Assembly: GCF_000743755.1 (NCBI RefSeq) | Contig: NW_014569476.1 | Coordinates: forward strand, 1 to 38,001 | Length of the DNA stretch: 38,001 nucleotides | DNA from: Blastocystis sp. subtype 4 | Lineage: Eukaryota | Direction of reading: 5' to 3' | Shown here: positions 12,572 through 24,462 of the stretch, one piece after another | Layout: every line of letters starts with the position of its first letter | Position numbering within the stretch: the first letter of the stretch is position 1 | Program-made: the position numbers and the translations under genes | Notes under the pieces: model-generated | Seen by the model: only the letters and a program-made list of their open reading frames with translations | Database searches by the model: none | What the model was told of the DNA's origin: nothing

Positions 12572-15500
12572 TTACAGACGAAAGAGATTCACCGGTCCAC
12601 ACTTGCAGACGCATGTATCATTTGAATTCGTACATACACACTCATCTTCCACATACGAGGACAGATACCCACTTCCGCAGCGTTGAGGAACAGCCACAAA
12701 CTGCAGCTTGAACTCTTCATTGCTGTTGCCAGACAGGTCACGGAAGGCATCCTCCTGAACCATCAAACTCACTTCAATAGACTCCAAATTGCTGTTTCCA
12801 CGACTATAGCCCATAGGTTGCAGAATTGTCACTATATGTCCTTCAATCACAATATCATGAGCTGAAAGGGCCTGACCCTGACCATTAGTCTTCAAGGCAA
12901 TCGCATTCACATTATTCAATACAACAGGCTCATTGAAGAAGAGTCTCAAAGGTACATCATTTGGAATATGATTCTGATCATCCATTGGTTGAGAATACAT
13001 TACAATGGGTCGCTCTGTATCTGCCTCTGATGTGAACGAAAGAGAGTTGATCTCATTATTGCAGACACCACTCATCGTGATGACTGTACAACTAGGTATC
13101 TCCACAGTATACATAGCATTTGGAAGCAATCCATATGTAACAAGGCCCATATCACGATCCGACACCTTCCACTGACTAGCAGGAATTTCCTTCGCCACAC
13201 CATCATGTAGCAGTCTGATAGGAGTCTTTCCAAAGATCTCCACTCTCTCGCTAAATGAGATCACAATGTTGATAGGCTCATGAGAGTCCTCCGAGAGCGA
13301 GGTAGCTTCCTCGACCAACTCCACTGTAGGAACCGTCTCCATCTCAATAGTTGTGAAGAGAATCTCTCCATAGATGATTCGATGCAACACCGCTGAGGGA
13401 TTCACAGACAGTAAGAACATGTCGCTCGTCATATAGTAAGTGTAACGACTGCCCACTTGAAGCTTCTCATGCACACGCACAATCACATTTGCACCTTCCA
13501 CTTTCACATCCTCCAGACCCATCGACACCTTCTCACCAGTACTCATATTCTCAACGACAAACTCACCTTGTGTACCCAACATCACATTCTGATCATATGT
13601 GAGAACAATTGTAGGACGCAACGATACTTCCTTGGCTCCATTCTCCACAGAAACACTCAACAAGTGAACAGTACCGTGAACCTGAGGGACATCAATCTCA
13701 TCGGAGACGTAGTCGTCAGCAACTCGCTCACCAGCAGCATTCTCGGCAGCACAATACAGACGCACACTCTTCGCAGAGGGTAGTGACGTGAAGGAGTATG
13801 ACAGTGCTCCATCAAGACGATGCTCCTTCTCCTGACCCATAATCATCACATCCTTATGAGCCAAAGCTTCTGAAGCCGACACGAACAAACAAGCCACACG
13901 AGCAGTTACGTTGATTGCTACATTCACGGAGGCTTCTGTAAGCGAGGACACGTGCAGATTCGTCACATTGAACTTCGCAGGCTGAGCCACAGCAGTTGTG
14001 ATGAAAGACAAGTTAATCTCCGAGGACACATCACTTCCCGAGAGTGAATAGGCCCAGCAAAGACCACTGTAGGCAAAATCAGGAACCAAATCACTGAAGA
14101 CGATCGTAGCCACGTGATTCTCAAGCACCGGAGCATAGCCATGGACAGGATGACCTGCATTCAACATACATTCTACCGCACTGTCTCGGAATGCTACCTC
14201 GAACTTTACTACAGCGTACGTAGCTCCAGGTGATACCAATGTGATGCTAGCAGAGATTGAAGCAGCCACCATGATGAGGATCTTAGAAGGAACACTCTCG
14301 CCAATACTATTGACAGCAACCAGTGTTACCTCCATCTCACCAGCAGGGAGATTGTTCAGAACAACCGAGTTCGTCTTGGTCTCGATAATGGTGTCACCAA
14401 CAGAGACCAAATAACCAGTAATCGCCTCGACAGATGCAGGAACCTTCCAATACAACTCCACAGTGTCGGCATAGATCTGCTCGTACTCCACAGACAAGGG
14501 ATCAACAGACGAAGGAATATCAGTAGGCAGAGAAGGATCCATCACACTCAATGGAGCAGAATAAGAAGAGGATCCCGCAGCCGAAGTAGCCTTGACCTGA
14601 ATCAACACAGGCTCATCCAAAAGAGAGATAGCAATGGTGTACACATTCGATAACGGATTCGCCTCGACTGACACCACCTGACAATCACTCTGACAGAAGA
14701 GGAAACTGTAACCAAGAATGGGCAAACCGAACGAAGCACCATTGGTCAGACGCAGTGAAAACAGAATGAGAGGCATATCAGAAGACGTGATATTCTGATG
14801 CTCAATAGCAAGCAGTACAGGAGTCTGGGGTTCCGCAGGTACGGGTGTCATATCCTTGGGGATCTCTTCGACCGTATATGCGATGGTGTTCACCAGCTTA
14901 TTCTGTACATTAATGCGCACTTCTGTCGTCTCCTCAGGATCCACATCCAGTACACGTGTAATGGTAACAGGCTCATTGTCATAGCTTGTACACACATCAT
15001 CGAAGGTCATGGTAGTAGACACAGCTCCAACCACTATAATCGTGTACTGACAGTAATCAGTATCAGAGACTCCGATACTCAGATTGGGATCACGAGCAGC
15101 TTGGAACTGGAGAAGCACCTTGCCAGTAGCCAGGATCGTAAATTCAACATGCTCCACAGCGTGAGGAGCACCCAGAGGAGTGGTAATGTAGAAAGGAGTC
15201 GTCACAGGCTGCATCATGTTACCAGCTTGATCCACAACCAGATTCTCAGCACGCATCTGATACACTCTGCTCGAACGCAGAGGAGCATTCGCAATATCGA
15301 TCACCAAACGGTGAGAGTTTGAATCATTGTGGTATGTGGTCACAGTAACAATCGAACCATCATTCTCATCGAGGAAATGAATATGACCGTTTGAAACAAC
15401 TGAAATCTCCTCATTAAACTCCACCAAGAAGCGAGACATGGAAGTAAGTGTGATGTTCTGGGAGTATACACCTGCCTCATCCCCCTCATTGGCTACACTC

Positions 15501-18500
15501 ATCAACACAGGACTATCCTCATCGTCACCAGTTGTGAAGGAGAACAAGCCACTCACACCAGTTGCTGGGGAAGATGTCTCCACAATCTCGAAACATGAAT
15601 GATCCACCAACAATGTGAAACTACCATAAGGATACAACAACTCTTCAAGGGTAGGATACCAAGTATATACCTTGCTGCTCACAGCTGTCATCAGCTTTAC
15701 ATCGATACTGAAGGTTTCCTCACCATCACTCAGAATCAGAGCTTGGCAAGGCGTCGATACAGGCGTCACGTCCTGATCAAATGTCACACGATACATAGGA
15801 CGCATCGAAACAGGTCCAGTCACAACTTCACCTGTCACAGGATTGATGATTGCAACTTCTGTCATTACGGGAGGTAGGGAGAACAGACGCTCCAGCACAG
15901 CACTACCGATGACCGCATCTGACGTGCCCTCTTTTGCCACCACACCCTCACTAGGATCTACGGGATGGAATCGCACAGAACGAATCTGTAGAGGAAGAGG
16001 GCGATCGAAAGGAACATCAACCACGATGCGCAGGACAGATTCATGCACCTCACCATGAATACGTTCGGCAAACTGCACAGCAGACTCGGAGGAGTCAAGG
16101 AATGACAGGAAGTTAAGGCTTTGCAGAGCACTCTCACTGACTGAAATAGCACGATCGAATGTGATATCAATACGAGAGTTTGTAGCAATCTGTAGACCTC
16201 CAGAGTATACAGCAGTAGCCGAAACAATGGCAGGACGGATAGAGACGAAGGAGAACGAATAGATCGGTGATGTGGCTGTCGAAGCTGCGCTCTGAGCTCC
16301 AGTGACAGGTGAGAAGAAGGCTCCAGCTTCAGCAATGAGCTTCACTTCACCAAAGAGACAAGTCACATCCGTCACAGGAATGGATACCGTCGATTCGTTT
16401 ACTGTCACCGAACCAATCGTGAGAATACAGCCAGCAGTGTTGACAAGCTGGATTTGCTTCTCTGACAGATACTGTACTGAAGAGTCAAAGACAATCTCCA
16501 CAGACTTCTGATACACCTGACTGACAGTCTGGACAGACTCTGCAGGAGGTTGGCATGATGTTCCCATCACTGTAAGAGCGGGAATCACAGGAGTATGGAA
16601 GGAAACCACCTTGACAGGACTCATTGGAATCTCTCTCATATCAACAAAACATCCTGCAGGGATTGTCAGCGTGTAGGAGGTATCACTGTCCCATACACCA
16701 GTTAGAGGATTCAACTCATAAGTCATGCTATCCTTTTGGATCAAAGTCGAAATGGACACTTCATAGGTGTGCTGATGTGACTCCAGAAGGAGAGTACATT
16801 CAGCAGGAGTGACAGCTTCATTGAAGACAAGCACCAAGGGATCAATTGCTGTTACCGGGGCTGTTGAAGATGCAACGAAGGGAGCTATGCGGTCAAAGTT
16901 GTAGGTACGCTCGAAGGCAGGTGACAGGTTCCCAGAAAGATCTTTTACAAATCCAGCCTCAAATCGGAACGTGTAGATGTCGTCAGGAAGGGTCTGTCCA
17001 TTAATAGTCACTGTCACTATGGTCGTAGGCTCTGTCACCGTTACTGTGATGGGTCCAGCCACCTGCGTCTCCGAAGAGTTCACCACATACAGAGAACCTG
17101 TACCTGTCATTACATTCTCATTGAAATGAAGTGTGACAGTTGCCATATCATTCACCTCAAAGCTAAATGCCTCCGGTCCCTCAGTATCGGCAACAGTAAA
17201 TGAGAAAGAAGAACCAATATCATAGTAAACAGGAGAACCATTATTGCTTGTGAATAGATTCTCGTTGTACACATAAGTGTATGTCCTTCCACTCTTTAGA
17301 GGGAATGTCAGTTTCACATCCTGATCCACAATTTCAACACTGCCTGAAATAGGCTCTTCTTCTTCATAGATGATGTGTCCCAAAGTAACACCTGCCGACA
17401 ATCGTACACCAGCAGTGAAGTGAAGAATGATCTGTGAATTGGCATCCACCTGTGTCGCTCCTGAAGAAGGTGTGGTGTGCTGCAGCAGGACGCGGGTTGT
17501 TGATTCTGTCACTGTCGTGAAAGAAACGAAGGTTATGTCATCCGTACAAAGATTATCTGAGTTACACACTACTCCCCCAGGGATGTACACAGTATACTTT
17601 GTGTGACTCTCCAGACGATCTGCAACAGCCTGATTGTAGATAATGAAGGTGTTTCCAGAGATCACCGAAATAGGACGGGTGACTGGAGGTTGGCCTTCAG
17701 GCTTCACATTCACCACAGTATCCTCAGCAATCATCAGCTCCTGATCGAATGTGAACACCATAGGAGCATCCAGCATCACATCCTCCAAACCCTCCAGGTT
17801 GAAGCTCACTATAGAGGGAGCTGACGACTGAATAGTTCGGAAGGAGATTGAAGATGCATTTGTTGAGATTCCATAGCCATTGTGGAAGCAACCATATGGA
17901 ATAACCACCTCATAGTTTGTGAAGTAACGCAGATTCGACACACTGAACACGTGAGTGAGAGTCAATGAAGACGCTATCACAGGGATAAGGGTCACATTGT
18001 GATTGACAGCTTCATCCTGAGCCATCGCCACAATCTCACACATGTCGTCCATAACCACATCCTGATCGAAAGTCAACGAAACCATTGTTGTCACAGGCAC
18101 AGAAGTCGCTCCATCAGTAGGAACACACTGAGAGATTACCAAAGAAGGCATCTCGGAGGAATGTACCGTTACTTGCTGGGTCATTACGGTACGCTCGTTG
18201 CCATTTCCATAAATGTTGAACACAGCATCCTCACTCACTGTTACCATGTAATCCTCATTCACAATTGCACCAGTATACGAAGCCACCAGAATATTATCGT
18301 TGGCAAGGAGATCATTACCAGAAATCACTATAGCATGATTGCAGCGGACACAGGTGAGAGTTACAGAGCCTTCACCTACAACCACCATGCTGGAGAACCG
18401 AATCTGAACCTGACCATCCTCAAATATAAAACGATTGACAAGTTCCTGAGTTACAGGGACGACAGTCTGATCCGTCACAGTAAAGGAGAGCTGAGCGACA

Positions 18501-19620
18501 TCATTATAATTATTGAATGCATCCGTAAACATTCCAGCAGGCACATCAACAACCACTCGCTCACCAAGAGCATAGCGACCAGTATTGGGAAGAATAACCA
18601 TGTTGTCGACAGGGACGACCTGACTACCAGTGTACACTTGGATGGTATTGGCTCCACGAACTGTAATGCCACCATCGATTTCCCCGGAAGGATTCACAGT
18701 CGTCTGATCGTTAAGTACAAGAATGATATCAGTCATGCGAGAAGCATTCTCCACATCATCAAGAGGTGTGAGAGTTATCTTTACTTCAGGACGAATGGTA
18801 TCCTTGCTATGGAAGCGGACTACGATCACCTCCGATCCTACATTCTTGTTGGTATCAAGAAGACTGTTCTCCTCGATGGTTAAGGTACACTCTGTATAGC
18901 TGGGAATGTGGTAAGGGATAGTGAGATTCACTTCTCTCACTGTCAGAGAATCTTGAGGAATTGTAGACAATCGTTCACCGCACACAAGACTAGCAGACCA
19001 ATTCTCAGTCACTTCAAACGCCTTATTGAAAGTCAGAGTGATATAGGAGTCGGTGTCAGCATATTCGTCTGCAGCAGGAACCGTTGACACTACTCTGAGA
19101 TCATTGGGATCTTAACATCACTTCCGAAACGAACAAATACCAATAACAACGAGAACATAATCAGCCAGACCATCAAAAACGGCTCCTGACTCTCCCACAA
19201 TTGAACCTTTAGGAATTCCCATGTGGTATGTTACACCACGTTCCAACTGAGGAATGAAGGTAAGTGCCTTCGACACGATCATAGAGTCCTACCAATAACC
19301 ATATTTCGGTACTCATTACGTCAATTGCCACAGTAAGCGTTCTAGTTCCCGAAATAAACAGAACAGAACAGGACTCACCGCAGTGAATCTCCTGATCGAA
19401 GTTCACGGTGATATGATCTCCCACGACGAAACCAGTTTCACTTGCACTGGTACTGATCGACACGACACTGGGAGATGTTGTGAAGGTAGCTAAACATAAG
19501 GAATCACCTTCCAAAGTCATACACTGACTAAATCCACATACTAAGAGGGCAACTAATAAAACGATAAACTATACATGAGCACCAACGGAATCACTTAAGC
19601 TATCCTACCTTTGTGTTCAT
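12572..19620 (-). CDS. Very large (~2,300 aa) secreted protein with bacterial Ig-like (Big_5/SbsA-type) repeats, FN3 domains and a Cys-rich C-terminus
   Basis: Spliced N-terminus MNTK|FIVLLVALLVCGFSQC (signal peptide); repeats such as PTDGATSVPVTTMVSLTFDQDV, PSSGATQVDANSQIILHF, FNEPV...AFRDLSGN; FN3-like ELYWKVP...ITGYLV...VAVNSIGES; TGTTTGTT at 12546-12553. Confidence 0.85.
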
Positions 19621-19754
19621 TTTCAATTCTATTAGCTATGTCAGAAATACTAAGAAACCGAAGGTGTATAGTGTGGATTATTATAAAGATCATAAACAAC
19701 AAGTAAAGTGATTATCTCTCCTTTGTTTCAACAAATAGAAAACAAGCATAAGAA

Positions 19755-22291
19755 TCAACTTGGATTTTCTACTGTACTTCCCGCCTTTGTGCTATTTCCC
19801 GCAGCAACCTCATCGGTTACTGAATCTACTCTTAAGACAAATACAAAAACAAACTCTTTCGAGCGAATGAAGGTACAAAAGGTTTCGCATTTGGATTCAC
19901 ACGCGTCTTTGACGTTGCAGTGGAAGGCTTCTGAGTTGGCATTTGCATAGGAGTACGTCCAGGAACAGGCATTTGAATCTGCATCGGAACTTGCATTGGA
20001 ACGGGCATTTGCATTGGAACTGGCATCTGCATCGGAACTGACATATCCATTTGAACTCCTTGTTGCATCGGGACAGACATTTGCATAGGCATTGGCATTT
20101 GAACTCCTTGTTGCATTGGAACGGACATTTGCATAGGCATTGACATTTGAACTCCTTGCTGCATTGGTACTCCTTGTTGAAGATTCATAGGAATTTGCAT
20201 CATTCCCATTGTCATGGGTCGAGGATGCTGAGCCACCATTTCTGGTTGATCTTGGGCCTGACGAGTACGAGAATTTTGGGTTCTACGTGAGGACTGCTTC
20301 TGCACGCGATCAGTTGACTGATGCGATCGTGCCAGTTGACGACCCATTGACGACTGCTCTAGTCCTCGACTCATTTCTCGACTTGGACGATCCTGAGGCA
20401 TACGATCCAGAGAACGATCTGGTTGCATACGATCCAATGGATGATCCTGAGGCATACGATCTAGAGAACGGTTCTGAGGCATACGATCCAAAGGATGATC
20501 TTGGGGCATACGATCTAGAGAACGATCCGGCATCATGCGATCCAAAGAACGATTGGATTGGACTCGATTCATAGGATGGTCTGATGGAATACGATCCAAT
20601 GGGTGATCTGGTTGAACACGATCCATAGAACGACTTGACTGCATACGATCCGAAGGACCACGTTCAAGAGAACGATTCATTCCCATTCGGTCAAATGGTA
20701 TACGATCAATCTGCATTCGATCCATAGTCATTCGATCCATTGGAGATCGTTCCATCGAAACACGTTCCATCATAGCACGATCTATAGGAGAACGGGCCAT
20801 TGATACAGATCCCCCACGTTCCCGAGCTCGTGCCATCATTATTCGCTCATCCATATTCAAAGAACCTCCTTGCTCTCGAGCTCGTGCTATCATCATTCGC
20901 TCATCCATATTCATAGGTCCATCTCGCTGCATCATAACAGGATAATCGCGACGTTCATTCATCATCATTCGACGTTCATTCATCAACATTCGCTCATACT
21001 CAGCACGACGATGAGGCATGGGACCATCCACAGGAACACTCATGAAAGGACGCCCTGTACGCGATACGGTCATCATTCCTCCAGGAGGGATCGACCCTGA
21101 ACGACGATCTTCGAAGGGATTGGGATCATCTACAGAAGATGGAATATACACTTTTGAAGGAAGATAAGGAGGTGGCATACCAAGTTGATCCAAATGAATC
21201 AGAGAATCATAGTCATTCCCATCTCGCATCATTCCTGATTGATGGTAACGGGCACTATGAATCATTCCAATTGATAAATCTGACTTTTGTTTGCGATGGA
21301 GTGCCTGATCACGTAGCATGGATTCGATATCAGCAGCATTAGTCATGGAAGGATCTGGCTGAGGAAGCTGAGGAATAATTACAGAATCATCATCTTGTCG
21401 AATCAATTCTTCAATAGATGACATTCGCTGGGGATGAGAAGGCTTTGACTTCTTTCCGAACTCTCTTGAAAAAGACATGGTAGAATCAAACAAATCATCT
21501 TTCTCTGTAATTGGCATAAGATGAGTTGATTGGTAACGATGATTGTTCTGAATACTATTGTACAGGATATTCATCACAACCATCTTGATGTCCTCAGGTA
21601 TATAAATCTCTTCTCCTTCCTCCATCTTCTTCACTACCTCATGAATCCGTTTCTGATCATCCGAAATCGTATGTGTCGTCTATATCACAAATATTGTTTG
21701 ATTCCTACACTTAGATCCAGTACATTGTCGACTCTGGTATCGGGCATCTCCCACTCTTCAATCTCTTCCTCACTATATGATCACTGATATCTTTGGTCTC
21801 TACGTTTCATCCTTTGCTTGATATTGAGTATGATAACGAAAGTGATGTATTGGAATCAGATCTAAGAAGGGAGTAAACGAAATCTTCTTCATTGTTTCTA
21901 AAAACTCTAAAATTTCTTCAGGCTGATACACATATTTCTTTTGGACTTCTACAGGCTCCAGTACCTCGCTAGATTCAACAATGGCGGGACCAACAAATTC
22001 CGGCTGTTCTGAATGTGGCGACGGAAGTTGTTGTCCTAGATTCAATAACACCGCTCTAAATCTACCTGACAGAAGCAACTCGGAGATAGCCTCTTCTTTC
22101 TCTACATTTCCATCTTCTTCTTGATCAGGAACAGTTGCAGAGGAGAAAATCAAATCCATTGCATTCTCATCCACGTTCTTCTCTATGGAGGAAGAACCAG
22201 AAGAGTTTGAATTATCGTCATCGCTTATCTTCGGTGAAATACATAACTCAGCAGTAATATCTTGCTCTTGGCCATTCTCGCTGCCTGCCAC
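19755..22291 (-). CDS. Low-complexity Met/Arg/Gln/Pro-rich protein with C-terminal PAM2 motif (5' end unresolved, possibly ATG 22618)
   Basis: ORFs 21800-22291 and 19832-21634 join in frame through two ~30-nt introns; KTRVNPNAKPFVP fits PAM2; a likely final 29-nt intron gives ...STVENPS* at 19755-19757. Confidence 0.68.
19960..20190 (-). repeat. Coding MQ/P-rich repeats (VPMQQGVQM, MPVPMQ)
   Basis: Recurrent catttgcataggc / ttgcattggaac units seen directly. Confidence 0.8.
20388..20650 (-). repeat. Coding 27-nt tandem repeat (DRMPQDHPL / DRMPQNRSL)
   Basis: gcatacgatc recurs with 27-nt period; the translation shows 9-aa units. Confidence 0.88.
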
Positions 22292-22661
22292 TTCCTAGGT
22301 ATTACATCGATCGTATCAACTTCAAACAGTGTTACTACCTTCTTCCCTATAAAATGAACGATCAAAAGAAAGAACAAACTTCATTACCTCAGCAACAGGT
22401 AGAGAATGCAGATTATCAGGATCTAGACAATCACTTGAGATTCGCAATTCGTGTACAATCACTTTTCACCTCTTTTGCTACAGCCTGTACCGAATCGCTC
22501 CTATTTGCTCAAGCGATGGTCTATACCTTCCTACATTGAGATCAAATTATCTGGAGGATCACCACAGAGTCCGAATCGGTTTGTGTGGAAGTGAAGGCGA
22601 ATTCACGGTTATTTCCATTAATTCACAGAAACGATTCCAACAAACAGAACAATACTCAAGT

Positions 22662-24112
22662 TCATTTCGTTAGTCCAAATAGACCGCTGCTCTTCTGAAG
22701 TACTTCTGAGGAGATACAACAGTTTATCATCTTTCTCTATCACTCAATCAGTCCAATGAAAACAACATCTGTTACCCGAATATGATTCGTTAGCCAAGCA
22801 ATGCAATAATCCTGCAGTTCTTTGCTCAAGACAGTTTCATCCTTCACTCCAACAGCTTGTCGCATTTCATTCAACTTCTTTAAGAAATCCTAATGATGAC
22901 CATGTTGTTTATCTTATACATCGTGCTGCTTCTTATGAATCTCAAACTGAGGGTAATTCGTAAATGTTAAGGAAAGGAGGAGTCAACAAGGAAAGGATAT
23001 GTATTGTTCATAAATAGTGCTTCTTCTTCCGTAAAATGAATCCAAGCGTAATCATGAAGAGCATCAATCACATCACTAACACAAATATGAACTTGATTAC
23101 CTGTATTCACATGAATAATCACCTGTAGTTAACGATTCTCCATTATACTATTCAAGGATATATTCACAATTGTTACTAGCCATTGATGTTGACGATCAAT
23201 GGGCAAATAACCAGTAGATAAGATACCATCACTCCATTCGATGTATGGTTGATTCAAATGAAGCATAGTTTCTCGCAGAGAGAAACTGCCAAACTCGTTG
23301 TGAGTTACTATTCATCAATTCATCTTATATCCATACAATTCAAATCAATGAGTGTTTTAAGAGCCTTTGAGAGATAATCAACCCATGATCGACATGTACG
23401 AACAAAAGACTCTCTACAGTCACAGAAGAAAGAAAAAAGTACCCAAGACAATCAGAAAGGACAAGCAGCAAAACTGTACCAATATCGGCATACAAATAGG
23501 CATCAATACCATACTTACGATTTAAATCCTTCATAATCGTAATAAAAGTACTCTCAACTTGCTATCCATTACCAATAAACCACAACACTACTCCCATAGA
23601 AGAACATGAATAAAGGGAATCACATGGACCAGTGACAATGTCATTGAAAAAGGTCTAGAACTCGGTTCCAATCCTTTTGTCTACTTTTGCGAAATCGGTT
23701 TTGAGAATGTCATTCGCTCGTAAAAAACCTGAAGAGGATGTAGATATATTTAAATTCTTCTACCAGGAATAAAAGGAGACCACAAACTACCCGGATGAAA
23801 GACGGTGACATGATAAACAGCCGGTGGAATAATTGACGGAACATAAAATCCAAGGGAGTCGATGAAGGGTCAAATCTAAAGCTAATTCCACCAACAAATG
23901 CTGACTTCTGAATCCGCCGACTTACCTCCAAATTGGCATCTGAGAACGATGCAACTGTTTCATGGCAGTCACGGATGGTAACTAGTGTCACATCAAAGTG
24001 ACTGTTGTACCTACAACATCAGCATTCGAATTGGGCCAGATTACCAAGGAGGAAACACGAACCCCTTCCGATTCACGTTAAACCCAGTTGGAACAGCTAA
24101 CTGTTGACCCAT
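22662..24112 (-). CDS. Globin-like domain fused to hemerythrin (~365 aa, 11 introns)
   Basis: Removing 11 introns of 29-41 nt leaves 1098 nt with no internal stop. Hemerythrin motifs: EWSD..STG..IDRQH, HFTEEE, YPQFEIHKKQH, WLTNHIRVTD. The N-terminal half has the globin pattern FRQLFHRLFIMSP ... KYGIDAYLYADIGTVLLLVLSDCLGESF....SWVDY. TGTTTGTT at 22639-22646. Hemerythrin call is strong; globin call and fusion are inferred. Confidence 0.8.
22960..23000 (-). other. U12-type (minor spliceosome) AT-AC intron, 41 nt
   Basis: 5' ATATCCTTT, branch TTCCTTAAC, 3' AC; removal restores FMNNT|NYPQFEIHKKQH. Confidence 0.92.
23123..23161 (-). other. Probable U12-type AT-AG intron, 39 nt
   Basis: 5' ATATCCTTG, branch-like TCGTTAAC, 3' CAG; contains an in-frame TAA. 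An alternative in-frame GT donor lies 6 nt upstream (23167). Confidence 0.68.
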
Positions 24113-24462
24113 CTGCAAATTGCAGGGAAAAAAATGAGACTGGTATATCTCTGCAACGAGCAAGAATAGATTAGGCTAACTGCGGATACCTATGTTGTCA
24201 CCTTCTACGGTCAGAAAATGGGAAAAACAAACACAATAAGAAGTGGATAAAAGTGTAATAATGCACGGTTCAAAACAATGAATCCTAGAGTACAACAGAT
24301 TACCTCATCTTAGTGTTCTGGTAGAATGAAAAGATACCCCATCCTCAACCCAAGAAGTGAAGCAAAAGAAAAAACAAAATGAAAGGCGGAAACATGTGTC
24401 TCTGAGACCACCTACGTTCAGTAATCCTGATTTATCATGACTCCAATAACGTATCCACAAGA

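Noticed and set aside
17999..18883. 294-aa His-rich plus-strand ORF, and similar ORFs at 13457-17824
   Set aside because: Antisense shadows of the Val/Thr-rich giant gene; no independent features.
19848..19855. AGTTTGTT after the PAM2 motif as a poly(A) signal
   Set aside because: Would not create a stop; better explained as the 5' end of a 29-nt intron.
20209..20574. Acidic repeat ORF (DPEAYD) on the plus strand; repeats superficially array-like
   Set aside because: Antisense of the coding 27-nt repeat; no unique spacers, so not CRISPR.
22430..22545. Hairpin and short direct repeat (AAGTGATTGT twice) as a possible H/ACA RNA
   Set aside because: No convincing two-hairpin H-box/ACA layout; probably 5' exons or UTR of the PAM2 gene.
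23267..23340. Treating globin-like and hemerythrin parts as two separate genes
   Set aside because: Disfavoured, not excluded: a typical 29-nt intron joins them in frame and no poly(A) motif separates them.
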